Part shown: piece after piece, positions 12,831-25,986 of the stretch
Numbering within the stretch: position 1 is the first letter of the stretch
How the letters are laid out: every line of letters begins with the position of its first letter
Source: Octopus sinensis
Taxonomy: Eukaryota
DNA length: 64,000 bases
NCBI RefSeq assembly: GCF_006345805.1
Contig: NC_043007.1
Span: 48,794,001 to 48,858,000, forward strand
Direction: 5' to 3'
Translations under genes and position numbers: made by a program
Notes under the pieces: generated by a model
Told to the model about the DNA's origin: nothing
Seen by the model: only the letters and a program-made list of their open reading frames with translations
Databases searched by the model: none

Positions 12831-12972
12831 ACTGTCTGTTGATACACTAGTAAAATACCGTCAGAAAACAAAAGCAGAGTGGAAGTACTTGCCTCAAAGG
12901 TTATTTAAATATGCCAAATTAAAGGAGCAGGCTATTATAAATGACCCCATCAAATTCTCTTCAAATCTGGTA
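12831..12972 (+). CDS. KLHDC2: KLHDC2-like exon (BC box / cullin-2 box)
   Basis: ttttag|...; LSVDTLVKYRQKTKAEWKYLPQRLFKYAKLKEQAIINDPIKFSSNLV (W..LP..L); tandem donors after 12969 and 12972. Confidence 0.88.
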
Positions 12973-13056
12973 GTAAGTAAAAAAATTTTATTATCTTAAC
13001 ATCCATTTTATCAAAGCTTGCATGGATTCATTTTCTGGCCTGCACTATTATTATTA

Positions 13057-14670
13057 TATGAAAACTCACTGCTTATTTTGCTGGGTATGATGGAAAGTGT
13101 CAGCTGTCCACAGCCAGCAGACTAAGGTGACACTTGTTTACTGGTCATGCTTCAAGAACCCTGCGAAGAATTCTTGCAGTTCCAAGCAATTCTAATTTTT
13201 GTAGGTCTTCTACCTTCACACTAGTACTGATCTTTTTCAGCCGTGTTGGTAGTTGAGTGCTGATACTTCCAAGTGCATCAAATATTTTTGGTATCACGTC
13301 TACTCTCTTCATTGACCACAACCTTTGTATTTCACACTTTAAATCATCATAGTTATTTTGTTTTTTTTCTCCTTTCACACTGACCCTGTTGTCACCGGGG
13401 CATGCTATGTCAATTATCAAATATGTTCTTTCTTTTTTTATTCACCACAACAATTTCATGTTTAAATTTTTCTTTAGTTACACAATTTTCTGTTTTGATG
13501 ACACCAGCCTTCAGTTCTTCAATTACAACATTTGAATTTCCATTCTTTTCTTAACAAGCACTGATACTACGCTATTCAAGGAGTCTATATCTTCAGAAAC
13601 TCTTCTTTTCCACCACGGTTGTTTATTTCGTCTTGTATCCGTTGCTGTTCTATTCTCAGTAGTTCTCAATCCCATCCTTTCTGCCACAATCCTACTAGCA
13701 GCCTTGTTAAGATTGTTTGTTTGTGTGATTTTCTTTGTTTCAATGTGTCTCAATACATTATTGACTTTACTGGTCTCTTGATTTAGTCTCCATTGGTTAG
13801 CCTTCTTAAAGTCGCACATAAATTCTGTCCTGTATTTAATAGATCCAAAATTTTGTCTATTATGAATCAGTCTTCATTGTTTGAGTAGTCACTGATCTCA
13901 ATTCTTTCATAATTCACAATGTTATATTTTTGCGAACAATTGTCGATCTCTTCCACTATACCACTTTTGTTTCTCGCATGTCCAGTATCACCTGATATTT
14001 TTCTTTTAATAGCTTCTATTAACCATCTGTTAACCATCCATTCTTTTGTATTGCTCTTGCTTGGTCACATAACCTCTGTTCAGTAATTTCAAAGAGTTCC
14101 ATATCCTTCTATTCACACCATTCGCATCCACTGGGGTGCTCCAGTAGTAACACTCCATAATTATCATGTTCACTTGTTTACTCCACTTACATCTTGTAGC
14201 ATGGCTAGCAGTTGCTGGATTACAACCGGCCCTACTCTGCTGCACAGTGGGGCACCTGCTGAGTGTGACACCTTCACCATTGGTTCCAGTCTTGTTCACT
14301 GTTATTGTCATCTATTTTGCTTCACGTTTTCACTCACAAATGAAGTGTGTTTTTAGGTTACTAATAACCGGTATTTTTATCAAGACACCATTTCTATCAA
14401 GGTAGTCAGCCGAAGCAGCTGAGGCCTTGCTCCCCTGGTTTTGAACTCAGTATTCCTTCTCCTACCTGTTTGCCATCCAAGGCTAACAAGTACAGCCTGT
14501 CTGGAGCACTAGTTATTTGAAGATGCCAGATACTTGCCTTTTCCCACTCTTCTCCTGTTGGTTTGGCAAACGAGTCAGACTTGACTGTTAGAGGACAAGT
14601 CTTGCACAGGCCATTGGAGCATTTTATAAGTGATGGGTGCTCAAACTCCTCTCACCACCCTGGCATTAAC
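13057..14670 (-). mobile_element. Internally deleted R4/Dong-like (RLE) non-LTR element
   Basis: N-terminal KWSKQVNMIIMECYY and PWWKRR joined to C-terminal IDIACPGD...LLGTARILRRVL; RT missing; (TAA)n nearby at both ends. Confidence 0.8.
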
Positions 14671-16460
14671 AGAAAGTAAAAACAGAAAAAAAAACTAGTA
14701 GAAGAGAGAAAGAGAGGATTATTATTACTATTATTATTAAAGTGGTGAGCTGGCAGAATTGTTAGTATGCCGGGAAAAATGCTTGGCAGTATTTCATCCG
14801 TTTTTACGTTGAGTTTAAATGCCGTCAGAGTTGACTTTGCTGTTCGTCCTTTCAAGGTTGATAAAATAAGCACCAGTTGAACACTGGGATCAACGTAATT
14901 GCCTTAGCTCCTCCTCGAAATTTCATGGCATTGAAGGGTAGGTGTAATAAGCTGGACCTGGCTTGTTAGAACATAAAATATTTGGGCTGGATATGGCCGG
15001 TTTTAATACTAAAAGGTTAAATCTTCCACATTTTCTTTGGACTTGTACTGCCTCATCTACTCCCACTATCAGCATTCAGTAAGTTTTTTTTTACTCACCA
15101 TTGTCAATTTGCATCTCATGTCTGCAAAAATGTAGTCATCATCAATGTCCAGCCACTGCCTCAGCTCATTTGGTCTATTTGACAAAAGTGATGTTGTTGT
15201 ATTTGATATTAGCAAAATCTTCCACTGTATCTTATATGAAGAGGACATTCTAGTTTTATTACTGCCTAAAGTTGCTGTCAATCTTTCATTTTATGGACTG
15301 GAAGCTACCTGTTAAATCTGTTGAGTACTAATGGAGCTCCCGCACCATGCCAGAATTTATCAACTCTTGTGTACCCAATGTTTACTTATTTCCTCTCCAC
15401 ACTCCTTATTCTGCATTGTGTGCTTATAGAACTCTATCATCCCATAGCCTACTAGTTCTGGTGTACCCAGTGTCCAATTATATCTTCCCCACACTTCTTT
15501 TTTTTGTCCCTGAATGACCTGCTGGTACTATTTTGTTATCATACCCTACTTCTGGTATATGAACAATTTAGTGTGTGGGAGTATATAAGCATACAAGTCG
15601 TTTCTTGCATGTTATACAATTACTGCTATAATGTTTGCTATCCACTGAAAATATTGTCTCCAAGAACAAAAGAGTGCTCTAGGGAATTAGTGTTAAACAG
15701 AGTTGCATGACGTGTGGGCAGTATTTACATGCAATTTATCTAGCATTTTCTCTCTCTCACACACACATGCATGCACTTCCAACAGTTGCTGATTCTTTTG
15801 TTATCTAATTGCTATGGAGAGTGGACCATTTCTTGATCTTTCCAAACTACCCACAAGAACCAACAACAATTTGATTGCTCAGCTCCTTGCTACTACCGTT
15901 TAAATAAATTTATTGCCTTTTGGAAAATAATGCCATGAGATGAAGTGAATGATGCTATGTCAGATCATCCACTCAAACATTTACTGTTTTCTCCATATTT
16001 GCCATAATTTTACTGCGTGTAATATGTGTGTGTATGTATTAGTTTAAGAGCATTACACTAACTTAAAGTTTGTACAGCAGCTTTGATTTACCAGATTGAT
16101 TCATTATGGGTTTTTTTAAGTATTATACAAATTTTGGGGGATATACTACCTGCTTTCAGCATTCCTGTGACATATGTTCATATGGTCAAGCTAACAAGGG
16201 GCCTTTATTGGTCACTAGACTGGCTAGTTATAACAGCCAAATATCTATTGACTCACACCCTATTGTCTTAAATATAGGAATATACGAGGTGTTGGCAAAG
16301 TGGTTAATGTTGACCCCTAAGGATTTTTATGTGGCTGTCCAAGGGAGTCAATAAACACATTAAATGATTTTGAGTTTTATGGGTGCTGAATAATTAAGCA
16401 AACTGAACCTTAAAGAACTCAATAATTTAAGGTTAAAAGTCACTAATTTCCAGTGAAATA

Positions 16461-16794
16461 TGAGGGTGGGCTGAAAAGTTCATAGGCTGACAATGAAGCA
16501 GTGGTGCTAGATCTGTGAAATCTGGCAGGCACTTCTTTCAACTCTTCTTATGAAAACTTCAGAAGTAACTAATAGTGACTTCTCTTGAAAATTGACAAAA
16601 TTGGGCATTGTATTGTTAGAAAAATGGTTTAGCCCTCTGATGATTCTTTTTGACCAACAGAATGAAAGCTCCTTCACCAATGGGATACATGAACTATAAC
16701 ACCAATGGAAAAAGTGTGTGGACCACATGGGGGACTATGTTGAAATATAAACTCTATTTGATTGTCAGTCTATGAACTTTCCAGCCAACCCTCA
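16461..16794 (+). mobile_element. Mariner-derived MITE (internal deletion derivative)
   Basis: ~31-bp TIRs tgagggtgggctgaaaagttcataggctgac / gtcagtctatgaactttccagccaaccctca; TA flanks; residual WKKCVDHMGDYVE. Confidence 0.92.
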
Positions 16795-16867
16795 TATCAA
16801 TGCAATAAGTAGTAGTCACTAAACACAACAAACACTATGGCAAATATTGTCAATTTATGTTTCAAAG

Positions 16868-17193
16868 ATTTTACATGGATACAGCCATCATCAATTGATG
16901 TCCAAGCATCTGCTTCATCAAATGCACTTAAGCATAAATAACCGTTATCGATGGGAGAAATCAAGTCACAAATGATAAATTTATACAGAAGTTCTTTTTT
17001 TGATTTCCCTTTATCATTAGTTGAGGTAGATAATGATGATCTAGATAACACAGAAGAAAGTGATGCTTTAACCACTGCTGGATCAAAAAAGAGCACCAAT
17101 TATTCTCCATTTGTACATTTATTTGACAACAATGCAGGAATCTTATATGAATTTATGCTTGTGCCGAATGCAAAAGAAAGTGAATATTTTATG
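16868..17193 (+). other. Probable KLHDC2-like 3' exon; acceptor and reading frame uncertain
   Basis: Possible acceptors before 16868 (tttcaaag) or 16885 (tacag); donor ATG|gtgaga at 17193; contains the acidic ORF starting at 16951 and an in-frame TAA at 16939-16941. Confidence 0.45.
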
Positions 17194-17672
17194 GTGAGAG
17201 TTTGTTTTTCGCTCATGAGGTACACACATTCATGCAATCCATTCATGACCATATCAATATGATATGACTGAATTTTTATCGTCTTTTATCGATTCTGTTA
17301 AATATTTTCATTAAATTTCCTTAAATAATTCTTATTAAAATGTATAACATGAGAGAGTGAAATAATAACTTTTAAATCCAGAAATTTTTATATTAATTAA
17401 ACTTTTTAATTATATTGCACCCCCACTACACATGGAGGGAAGGTGATAAGATATTAAGCTTTCCATGAAGGGTCAATGATGTAAAAAAATTGCCCATTAC
17501 ATTAGACAAAAAGGCAGGATGGTCATGGTTGGAGCATTATTGATCATGGGACTGTTTGATCATTGCAGGCCTAGGGTTAAACATCAGTACAATACTTGTA
17601 CATATACTGTGATGTAAGAATTATTTCCAGATCTCTTAATTTTTTTTTAATAATTTTTACTTTATTTTACAG

Positions 17673-19290
17673 AAATCAAAACACTGAGAAATGTTAAACG
17701 TGGCGCTGTTGAGAATCTGTAAACTTGAGTTTTCCCAGAAGTTAACTTGAATTAAAATTGGAGAACTGAAGTCAGTTCTGCCTTGATGACATTTGAAAAT
17801 GCACAGTAAATACTCTTACAAAAAATGGCTTCATTGATGATTTTCCCCCTCATCATCATCATGTATGTCATCTCTTTGAAATGATGTCTCTGATATTTGT
17901 GGATAAAATTACAAAAACTGTTCTTGTTTCTCCCTTTTCTGTTTTATTGCAAATATACAAGAATCATTTTTATATTCACTTCAACAACAACAACAACACA
18001 GTCAAATTTGGTTCAAAAGTCACATCTATAATTTGATCTGTTTTTTGTTTGTTTTTGTTTTCTCTTTAAAAAGGGGTTCATTTTCATTAATTTTTTTAAA
18101 ATAATTAATCCACAAGAAAACAATTGATTAAATGACTTCACTGAAACCTCATAACAGGCTCAGTTTTACTTAATCTCTGTATTGGAAATACCATTGTATA
18201 AAAAATAGAACATCTGTGGGGTTGTTTCTTTTGATTATCAATTAAAAATCGACTATTTACTTTTAGAATAATATTATCTCAATAACTGTTACTATATATA
18301 AGTGAAATACGGAAATAATATTTTAAAGTAGAAATAACAGCACTTAAAGCATACCAAATGTTTACGTTAATGTACAAATACACATATGTACACACGTCTT
18401 TCTGCTTTAACCTGTTGATACCAAACAGCCTGAAACTGCCCTTGGTTTTATGGATCAAGCTTCCTGTTTGAAAATGATCTGCTACTTTCTGTTAAAATGT
18501 CATGTTAATTTATATTCGTAACATCAGCTTAATAATGAAGTTTTAATATATTCTTCATAATTTTAGAATTAATTCCAAGAAAAACACTGAACAACTGTAC
18601 ACAGTTACATCTCTGTTAGACTGCCATCTGTATGTTTATGATTTTTAACAGAATTTAACAGAAATATGGTAACAGAAGGGACAAACAAAGTCAATAGTCT
18701 TGATTTAGTCAAATAAATTCACAATTAGTGGGGCTGGTTTTTTTTTTAGTTTAACATCCTTAACTTAAATATACAGAATTTATGGTAGCAGTGACTAGAA
18801 TCTCAATGGCATGAACCAAGAAAGATTTCTGCAAATTAATCAGCACTACTTTCTACAAATATTGTTTTGGTTTCATAAAACATATCTTGCTATAATTACT
18901 CATTTAATATTATATATTTGGAGTAAAATAATGTTTGTAGCTTTACCTTTTGTTATGAATGCTATATCATCAAATAAAGTAAGAAAAGTACTGAAAAATT
19001 TTATTTAGCTCCCTTTGAGTCTATTTATTAAATTTTCAGTCCAACTCAATAAGAACTGATAGTACTTGCTTCACACATAGCACACTTTTTGTTGGTTTAC
19101 ATTTTTTTGTCTCTCTTGTCTTCTTATTTAATCTTAACACACATACATATAAAAACATTCACTGATACATGTATGCACACACACACATACACAGCCTGTT
19201 ACAGTGTTTTGTTATTGAGCACTAAAACATGTAACCTATCTCTATGGTTACCTTAGATTGAAAATTGAAATAAACAATTCCACATGATAT
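17673..19290 (+). other. Probable terminal exon / 3' UTR of the KLHDC2-like gene
   Basis: Strong acceptor (long T tract + ttttacag) ending at 17672; AT-rich sequence follows; AATAAA at 19269-19274; end point is a guess. Confidence 0.4.
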
Positions 19291-19706
19291 ACCAGTGTTT
19301 TGTTGCCTTGTCATTCTTTACCTTTATGAATACATACTGAGGCCACAGTTGTGCAGGGGCCACTGAGGTCATACATATGCAGAGTCATTGCAGTACAGGA
19401 GCCACAATCATAGAGGGATCATAGATATACAGGGCTCACAAATATTTTTAAACATTTATGTCAAAGATGAAGAGAGGGAGAGTTCTCATAGCCTTTGCAA
19501 ACCATCCCAGACTGGTGAAATTAGTCTGTGATGAAACCAGTGTGAGTTGCAGAACATTTTTAGGGAAGGAAGGGGTTTTTTAGAGGATCTGTATGCTGAA
19601 AAAATGTTTTATAAAATCTTTTGTCATGATTTCCTCTGATCTGTAATCAAGCAAACATTCCGGTTGTGACCATCCTATTTTTATTGAGAAAGTATCAAAT
19701 ACTTCA

Positions 19707-20657
19707 TCTCTTCTCTATATATATAAAAGGCAGTTTATCTGTCAGGTTGTACCCTCACCCTGACCACGGCTTTCAACCGATTCTGAGTAAACTTGACATA
19801 CACATAGCTCAATGTCATAATTCAAAACTAACGCAGCAAAAATTTTGAAAAGTTCCCCCAGTTCTGAAAAAAATCAATAAATTCGATATGGGGTCAAGAA
19901 TCTAAGCTTATCATATGCAACACATTTTCCGTTGTAGTTTTCGCAACTTGCAATCGATTTTCACCAAACTCATGGTGAAGTTTAATGTTACCCTAAGGAA
20001 CTTAATTCAGACGTTAGTTTTCCATGCAATACCTTACCATCAGAAAAAATCGATAAAATCATGCCATTTTGGGAAATTGCGTTCAAATTCAAGATGACAT
20101 ATTTTCGACATTATCTTTAACAAATTGGCAGGAATTTTTTTTGAAATTCACAGCGAGCATCATGTCTGCTCCAAGGAGCTATATGGCCCTTTTGATTCCA
20201 ATAGGATACGTTATTACTGGAAAAAATCGGTTAATTACATCATATGTGGCACACATAGCAAACCGATTTTTGCTCCTGAACCCGCTTTTGCTAGACTTAA
20301 GTTAGGATTAGGTAGGGCTTAGCTGTGGTCTGAATCCAACTTGGGTTCGGGGGGTGGGGATGGCAGTGTCAAAAGGGCCGGCATGTGCAACCTTATCACC
20401 TCTGCCAGTCAAACTACCAACCCATGCATTCTCGTCGCGACACTGATCCCGCAGAACTGGGTTGGGTATGCTAAACAAAACCAGAAAATGCACTTTGACT
20501 GTCATAGATTTTCTTCATGCATGCAAGGGAACGGTGCCTTGAATGCCTTAATGCCTTTTAGGCTTCATTTTACAAAATAATGGTTCAATGAGTACAAAAA
20601 AGGTAAAGGGCATTGCTTATCGACAAAGTTTCTTACATACCCGGGCTATGCTGCTAG
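19707..20657 (+). mobile_element. Non-autonomous Helitron-like element
   Basis: A|TC start, ...ccgggctatgctgCTAG|T end; first ~170 bp homologous to 61520-61690 (-). Confidence 0.75.
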
Positions 20658-23145
20658 TTGTATAATATGTCTGTTCTTTATTTAAAACAAGTAACCACAG
20701 AGAGGTCTACTTATTGGCTCAAACTATATGCTTTTTATGTATATAATTAAATGTTCTAATTTGTTGACATGGAAGAAGAAGAGTACTAAAAACATCAGTG
20801 GATTAATTATTTAAACTGCTTCTGTTAGTCTCCTTCCATTGTGATTTTCAGACAAGAACTGTATACTTAGATATACTGGTAGTTATCATTCTCTGTATTT
20901 TCTAATATTTGGGGTTGTTTCCTCTTTACTTTTTGTGCTTTGTTGACAGGAGTATTGTTTGTTCTTGTTTTTGCTGGTTTGTTTCTGATTTATTGTTTCT
21001 ATTCCCTTTTGCCTGCATGTATTTGTATGTGTATGCATATATACTCACACACTCATGTGTGTATATATTAAATATAATTACACACATACACAATAACATT
21101 TCATTAATGACCCAATATGATACCTTCAAACCATGACTAGTAACTACTAAACTATTATAAAACAGGAAACGGCTTTAGAAAAACTTCTTAGCCACACAAG
21201 TGTATCTGTGTCCTTCTTAACCACACAATCATATCTGTGCTCTTCAGAATGTGGAATGCTTCATAAATTTGTGCAATTATTGTATAGAAGCTATGTTAAT
21301 AATTTCTGTATCTTTCCAATTCAGAATGTACTATTGAAGTTAGTACATATGCTAGGCCTCTCCATTGTCAAGTAAAAGACTAACTACAGTGAAGAATACA
21401 ATGGCAGTGATTTTGAACTGTGAGGTTACCATAGTGTAAAACTATAAAACGTCATGAAAATACCAATGGATTGATTCCATTAATGTTAAAAACCAAAAAA
21501 AAAAGTTATCTAAGAAGTAGATAAAATCTAATTACAAGAAAAAATATCATTTGTGTTCATTTTATTTTTTAGTTTCTAATTGAATTTTCTACTTGTGTTC
21601 CTCTTACGAAAATTGTTTATGTTGGTTCAGTAATTACTTTATTCTTTGAGCAGACTACTTTCTGAAATAAATCAAAGAACTGGCATTAGAATTAGTTAAT
21701 GTCTGTGATACAAATTAAAGGATTCATTTTTGACTTTGTTTAACACTCAATCAGTTTTAAATGTTTCAAGTGATCATATTCCATCTTCATTAAACATGGT
21801 TTATTATGTTTAACATTTGATTCACCAAACCAACAGAGGGCTGTCTCTATAGTTACCAGAACTACTCAATATGACACATTTTAACTAACCTGCTGTAAAC
21901 AGCCCTTGTTTCTTTGATCCAAATTTCCTATTTTAAAATGACCTAAATTAAAATCTTTGATCAAAATTTTGTGCTAATTTATATTCCAAACACCAGCTTA
22001 ATGACCTAGCTATTTTATTAAATTCTTCATTATTAAATTCTTCAAAATTAATTGAAATAAATGTTGTGTATTTCAACAGAAATTTGGTAACAAAAGTGTT
22101 AATTAAATTCTTTCTCTTTAAAATAGACCTGGGTTTATTAAGTTTGGTTCTCAGGACAAAATATTCCATGTTTAATGTGCCCTTTTTTTCTTTATTTCTT
22201 TCTAAGTCCACACTAAGGACTTAATTCTTTCTTCTCAAAAATGCAACCCTCTAGAACACCTACCCTTTCCATTTTTTCCCTAATGATACCAACATGTAAA
22301 AAGTTCGCAAACATTAACTTCACAAGTTGTCCTGTGGTCATGGCCACTGGCTCCACTTTATTGACTAAATTAGTGCCCTCTATCCAAGACTACCCACTCT
22401 GGAACCTATTTCACATTTGCCCACACAATCCTATTCTAATTGCAATAGATCAGAATAAACATCAATCGCATCAGTGATGCTCAGTTATTCTTAACTCCAG
22501 TCATGATAATTCTGTTGAAATATGCTTTCTTTATTTTGATATTTTTTTTTGCTTTTTAAAATAATCTTTTACTAGTTTCAGTCATTAGACTGTGGCCATG
22601 CTGGGGCACCACCTTGAAGAATTTTTAGTTAAAGAATTGACCCCAGTACTTACTTTAAAGCCTGGCACTTATTCTATTGGTCTCTTTTGCTAAACTGCTA
22701 AGTTACAGGGACAGAAACAAACCATCATCAGTTGTCAAGTGGCAGTGGAGGACAAACACACGTAGTTATATGTGATGGCTTCTTTCAGTTTCCACCTACC
22801 AGATCCTCTCACAAGGCTTTGGACACTCCAAGGCTATAGTAGAAGACATTTGACAGAGGTGCATCACAGTAGGAATGACCATGGAACCATGTGGTTGAGA
22901 AGCTAACTTCTTACCACACAGCCATACCTGAGCCTAAGGTAACTTATTATGCTAGTGTTTGGAATATAAACAAGAAATTTTGATGGAATGTTTTAATTTA
23001 AATGAAAAAGTTTGTGTCATAGAACTAAGGGCAGTCTCAGGTGGATTGACATTAAAAAGATTAAAACTGGGGAAGCAAAACTTGGAATATTTTGGAAGCA
23101 TTTTTCATATATTCCTGTGCGTGAATACTAAAATATTTTCTATTT

Positions 23146-24267
23146 CAGGGTGGAGGTATATAGAGTTAATTTGAGCAGAAGTTCTAATCATAGGATCTAG
23201 CATGTCCACTCAAAAAACGAAGAGACAATGCATTGCAGATTTACTTTGTTCTGGGGTTGCAATTAGATGTATTGTTGAGACTGTCGGGACCTCTGTGGGC
23301 ATTGCCTACTATGTTAAGAACCAAATGCTGGATATGAGAGGCATCAAGAGAAAGTAAAGAAGTGGAGGCATAAATAAAAAAACAGGTTAATACATTTCTT
23401 AAAGCTCTCTCAAAGCCAAAATTTCGAAAGATCTAACAACATCCATGAGAAAACTGTCCATGGAAGTTGATCAAAAGACCATAAGAACTGCTGTACACAC
23501 TGATTTACAGTTGGAGTTATATGTGAGGATCCCAAGACACCTATTGACCCATGCAATGAAAGCTAGAAGGTATGAAAAGGCTAAAAAGTGTTGTGAAACC
23601 TGAAGCACAATGGACAAACTGTTAAAATCTTTACTGTTGATGCTATTTTAACCATAGCAATGATTAATACAGTACTAAGTCATCATCCCAAGTAAAGGCC
23701 GTCTTTAGGATCAAGCACCCAGCTCATGTCATGGTACTCGGATTCGTGGCGTCTGACAGAAAAAAGATGCCACTCCATTTTCTCAAGTCTGGGAGAAAAG
23801 GTGATGGCTGAAATTTATTATGAAGTCCTGCAGTATAGGATTTTGCCTTGGCTGAAGCTTAACTACCCCAATGGTAATTATGTGTGGGCTCAAGGTGGTG
23901 CTCCTGCTCATATGGCAAAGAAAGTGCAGAAATTCTGCAAAGACAACTTCGCCGACTTTTGACCTGCCAACTTCTGGCCTTCTTCCAGCCCAGACTTGAA
24001 CACCATGAACTATGCTGTATGGGGCAACTTAAGCAAGTCTTGAGGGAAGAGTGGAACATGTCTGAATGCTTCATCATGAAGAGTTGTGATGCTTTCAGGC
24101 GGTGTGTGTAGGCTGTGGTGGACAATGAAGGCAGACATATTGAATAAATTGTCTCTTTATACTTCTATAAACTTGTGTTAAAATTATATTTATGTCAGGC
24201 TGCTGGTTGTAAAATAAACAGTTTAGTGAATTATTTATTATTTTCCAAGATTTGGTTTCCCACCCTG
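23146..24267 (+). mobile_element. Decayed Tc1/mariner element, maT (DD37D)-like
   Basis: CAGGGTGG...CCACCCTG ends; WAQGGAPAHMAK, FWPSSSPDLN, NEGRHIE* motifs; frameshifts. Confidence 0.85.
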
Positions 24268-25877
24268 TAAATTAGGAAGGATCTATAGACATTGAGGGAA
24301 TTTCTCTCATGAGATTAATGTAAAATGATGATTCCTTTTCATCCAACATAGATGTTATATTTCTTCAAAAATTTATATAAAGTGTTATAATTATGAAATT
24401 AGTTTACCTTTTAATCTCGGTCATTCTGTTATTTCACTACTTCTTAGTCTGCAAGAGAAAGTGCATCATTGTATTTTGCTGGGCTTCTAATCATTGGTTG
24501 GCAATAATCTACACATTAGTTAATAAAGCAAAGAGTGAAGCTCAAAGTAGTTGGGGTTGGTCTCTGACAAAGGGAAGAATCTAATGCATTAGAAGTTTTC
24601 TTGTTTTCACAGCAAACTAATTGAGTCTATTTTTGAATTGTTTATACACATTAAGTTTCTTTTAGGAAAATGTTTTAATATGGATAACTGTATTGCCATC
24701 ATCATAATATTCAAGATTGTCATCATTATTGTTGCTATCACCAATCATTTTTACATCCACTTATCCATGCTTGGCATGAGCTTGAGGGATCCTTTCCAAC
24801 CACAGCAACTAGCTACTTGTTGTGTTCTGCCCTATGTCTGTCTTGGTCTTCTTTTCTTATTAATTCTTTCCACTTCGAACTCCTGCCACATCTTCACCTA
24901 TCTGTTATCCTCTATATGTATTACATATCTATAACAACACAATCTTTGTTCTTGCACACTACAACTGGTTCCTCTTATACCCAGTTTATCTCTGAGCTCA
25001 TCTGTACAATGTCACTTGTGCATATTAATATTAAACATTCAATGGAGCATGCTTACTTCATTTCTCTTCAACCTTCACACATCCCTTGGGTTCAATGTCC
25101 ATCTCTCATAACCATGTGGCATCACCCATCATACACAAGTAATATAGAATATCTACCCTTCACCTAAACTGTGTATATTTACAGACATGCTATAGTATGA
25201 CCTTTACCTAAGTTGTTCTCACTAATATAAATTTGAAAGTAGGTGAAAATATGTTTAATGTTTGGGATAATAGAGATATGTGGTGAAAAAAAAAAACTTT
25301 AGTTGATGATTAAAATTATTTTATCATTGGTAGTCTAATGAGGAAACTATGATTAAATGACCTTCTAGAACTGGTGACCAAATCTCCATAAATTACACCC
25401 CACTATCTAAAAATAAGTCATGCAGGTAATGTTTCCTAAGGAACACCATCCCAGAAAAAATGCCAGTGTGATTACGGCTGGAAAAGTGTTTCATTATAAT
25501 TTATCTCCTCTTTCAAGTCTGACCCAGAGCTAAATGTCAGCAACAACAATTTTAGATGTTTCAGCCTAACTAGAATCTTCAATGTCACTTGAATTCCATC
25601 ACACTTCCCACCTAAGCAGTAATGATCCATTTGTGGAATAAATATAGAACTGTATATGGGCGTTCATGTATAGATCAAAGTAATAATATAAAGAAAACCT
25701 AAAATCTTTAAAAGACTGAGGAATTAGGGGACTTTAGTTTGTAAATTACCCATATTTTAGCTATATTTGATTTTTCATTGCTATTTCATATAATCAATAA
25801 TTTAAAAATTTCCTTGCAACCATAAATTGTTGTAAGGAGGAAGTTTTGGCTAAAATTATATATCTGTTTTGAAGCTC

Positions 25878-25986
25878 TTACTTGCTCTGACTTGAATTAT
25901 CAGTTTCTTCATCCTGATCAGTTTCTGATTCAACTGGAACCAGTCCAGCAGTGAATTTATTCAGAGGTTCTCCAAGTATACCATAT
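25878..25986 (-). CDS. PPP1R36: Protein phosphatase 1 regulatory subunit 36, last coding exon
   Basis: YGILGEPLNKFTAGLVPVESETDQDEETDNSSQSK*; GILGEP motif of the PPP1R36 C-terminus (recalled); AAG acceptor. Confidence 0.9.

Noticed and set aside
14560-14670. HDV-like ribozyme at the 5' end of the R4-like element
   Set aside because: Could not assign the nested double pseudoknot by eye; only a simple GACTTG/CAAGTC hairpin is evident
16797-17099. 100-aa minus-strand ORF
   Set aside because: Antisense shadow of the plus-strand frame; splice signals favour the plus strand
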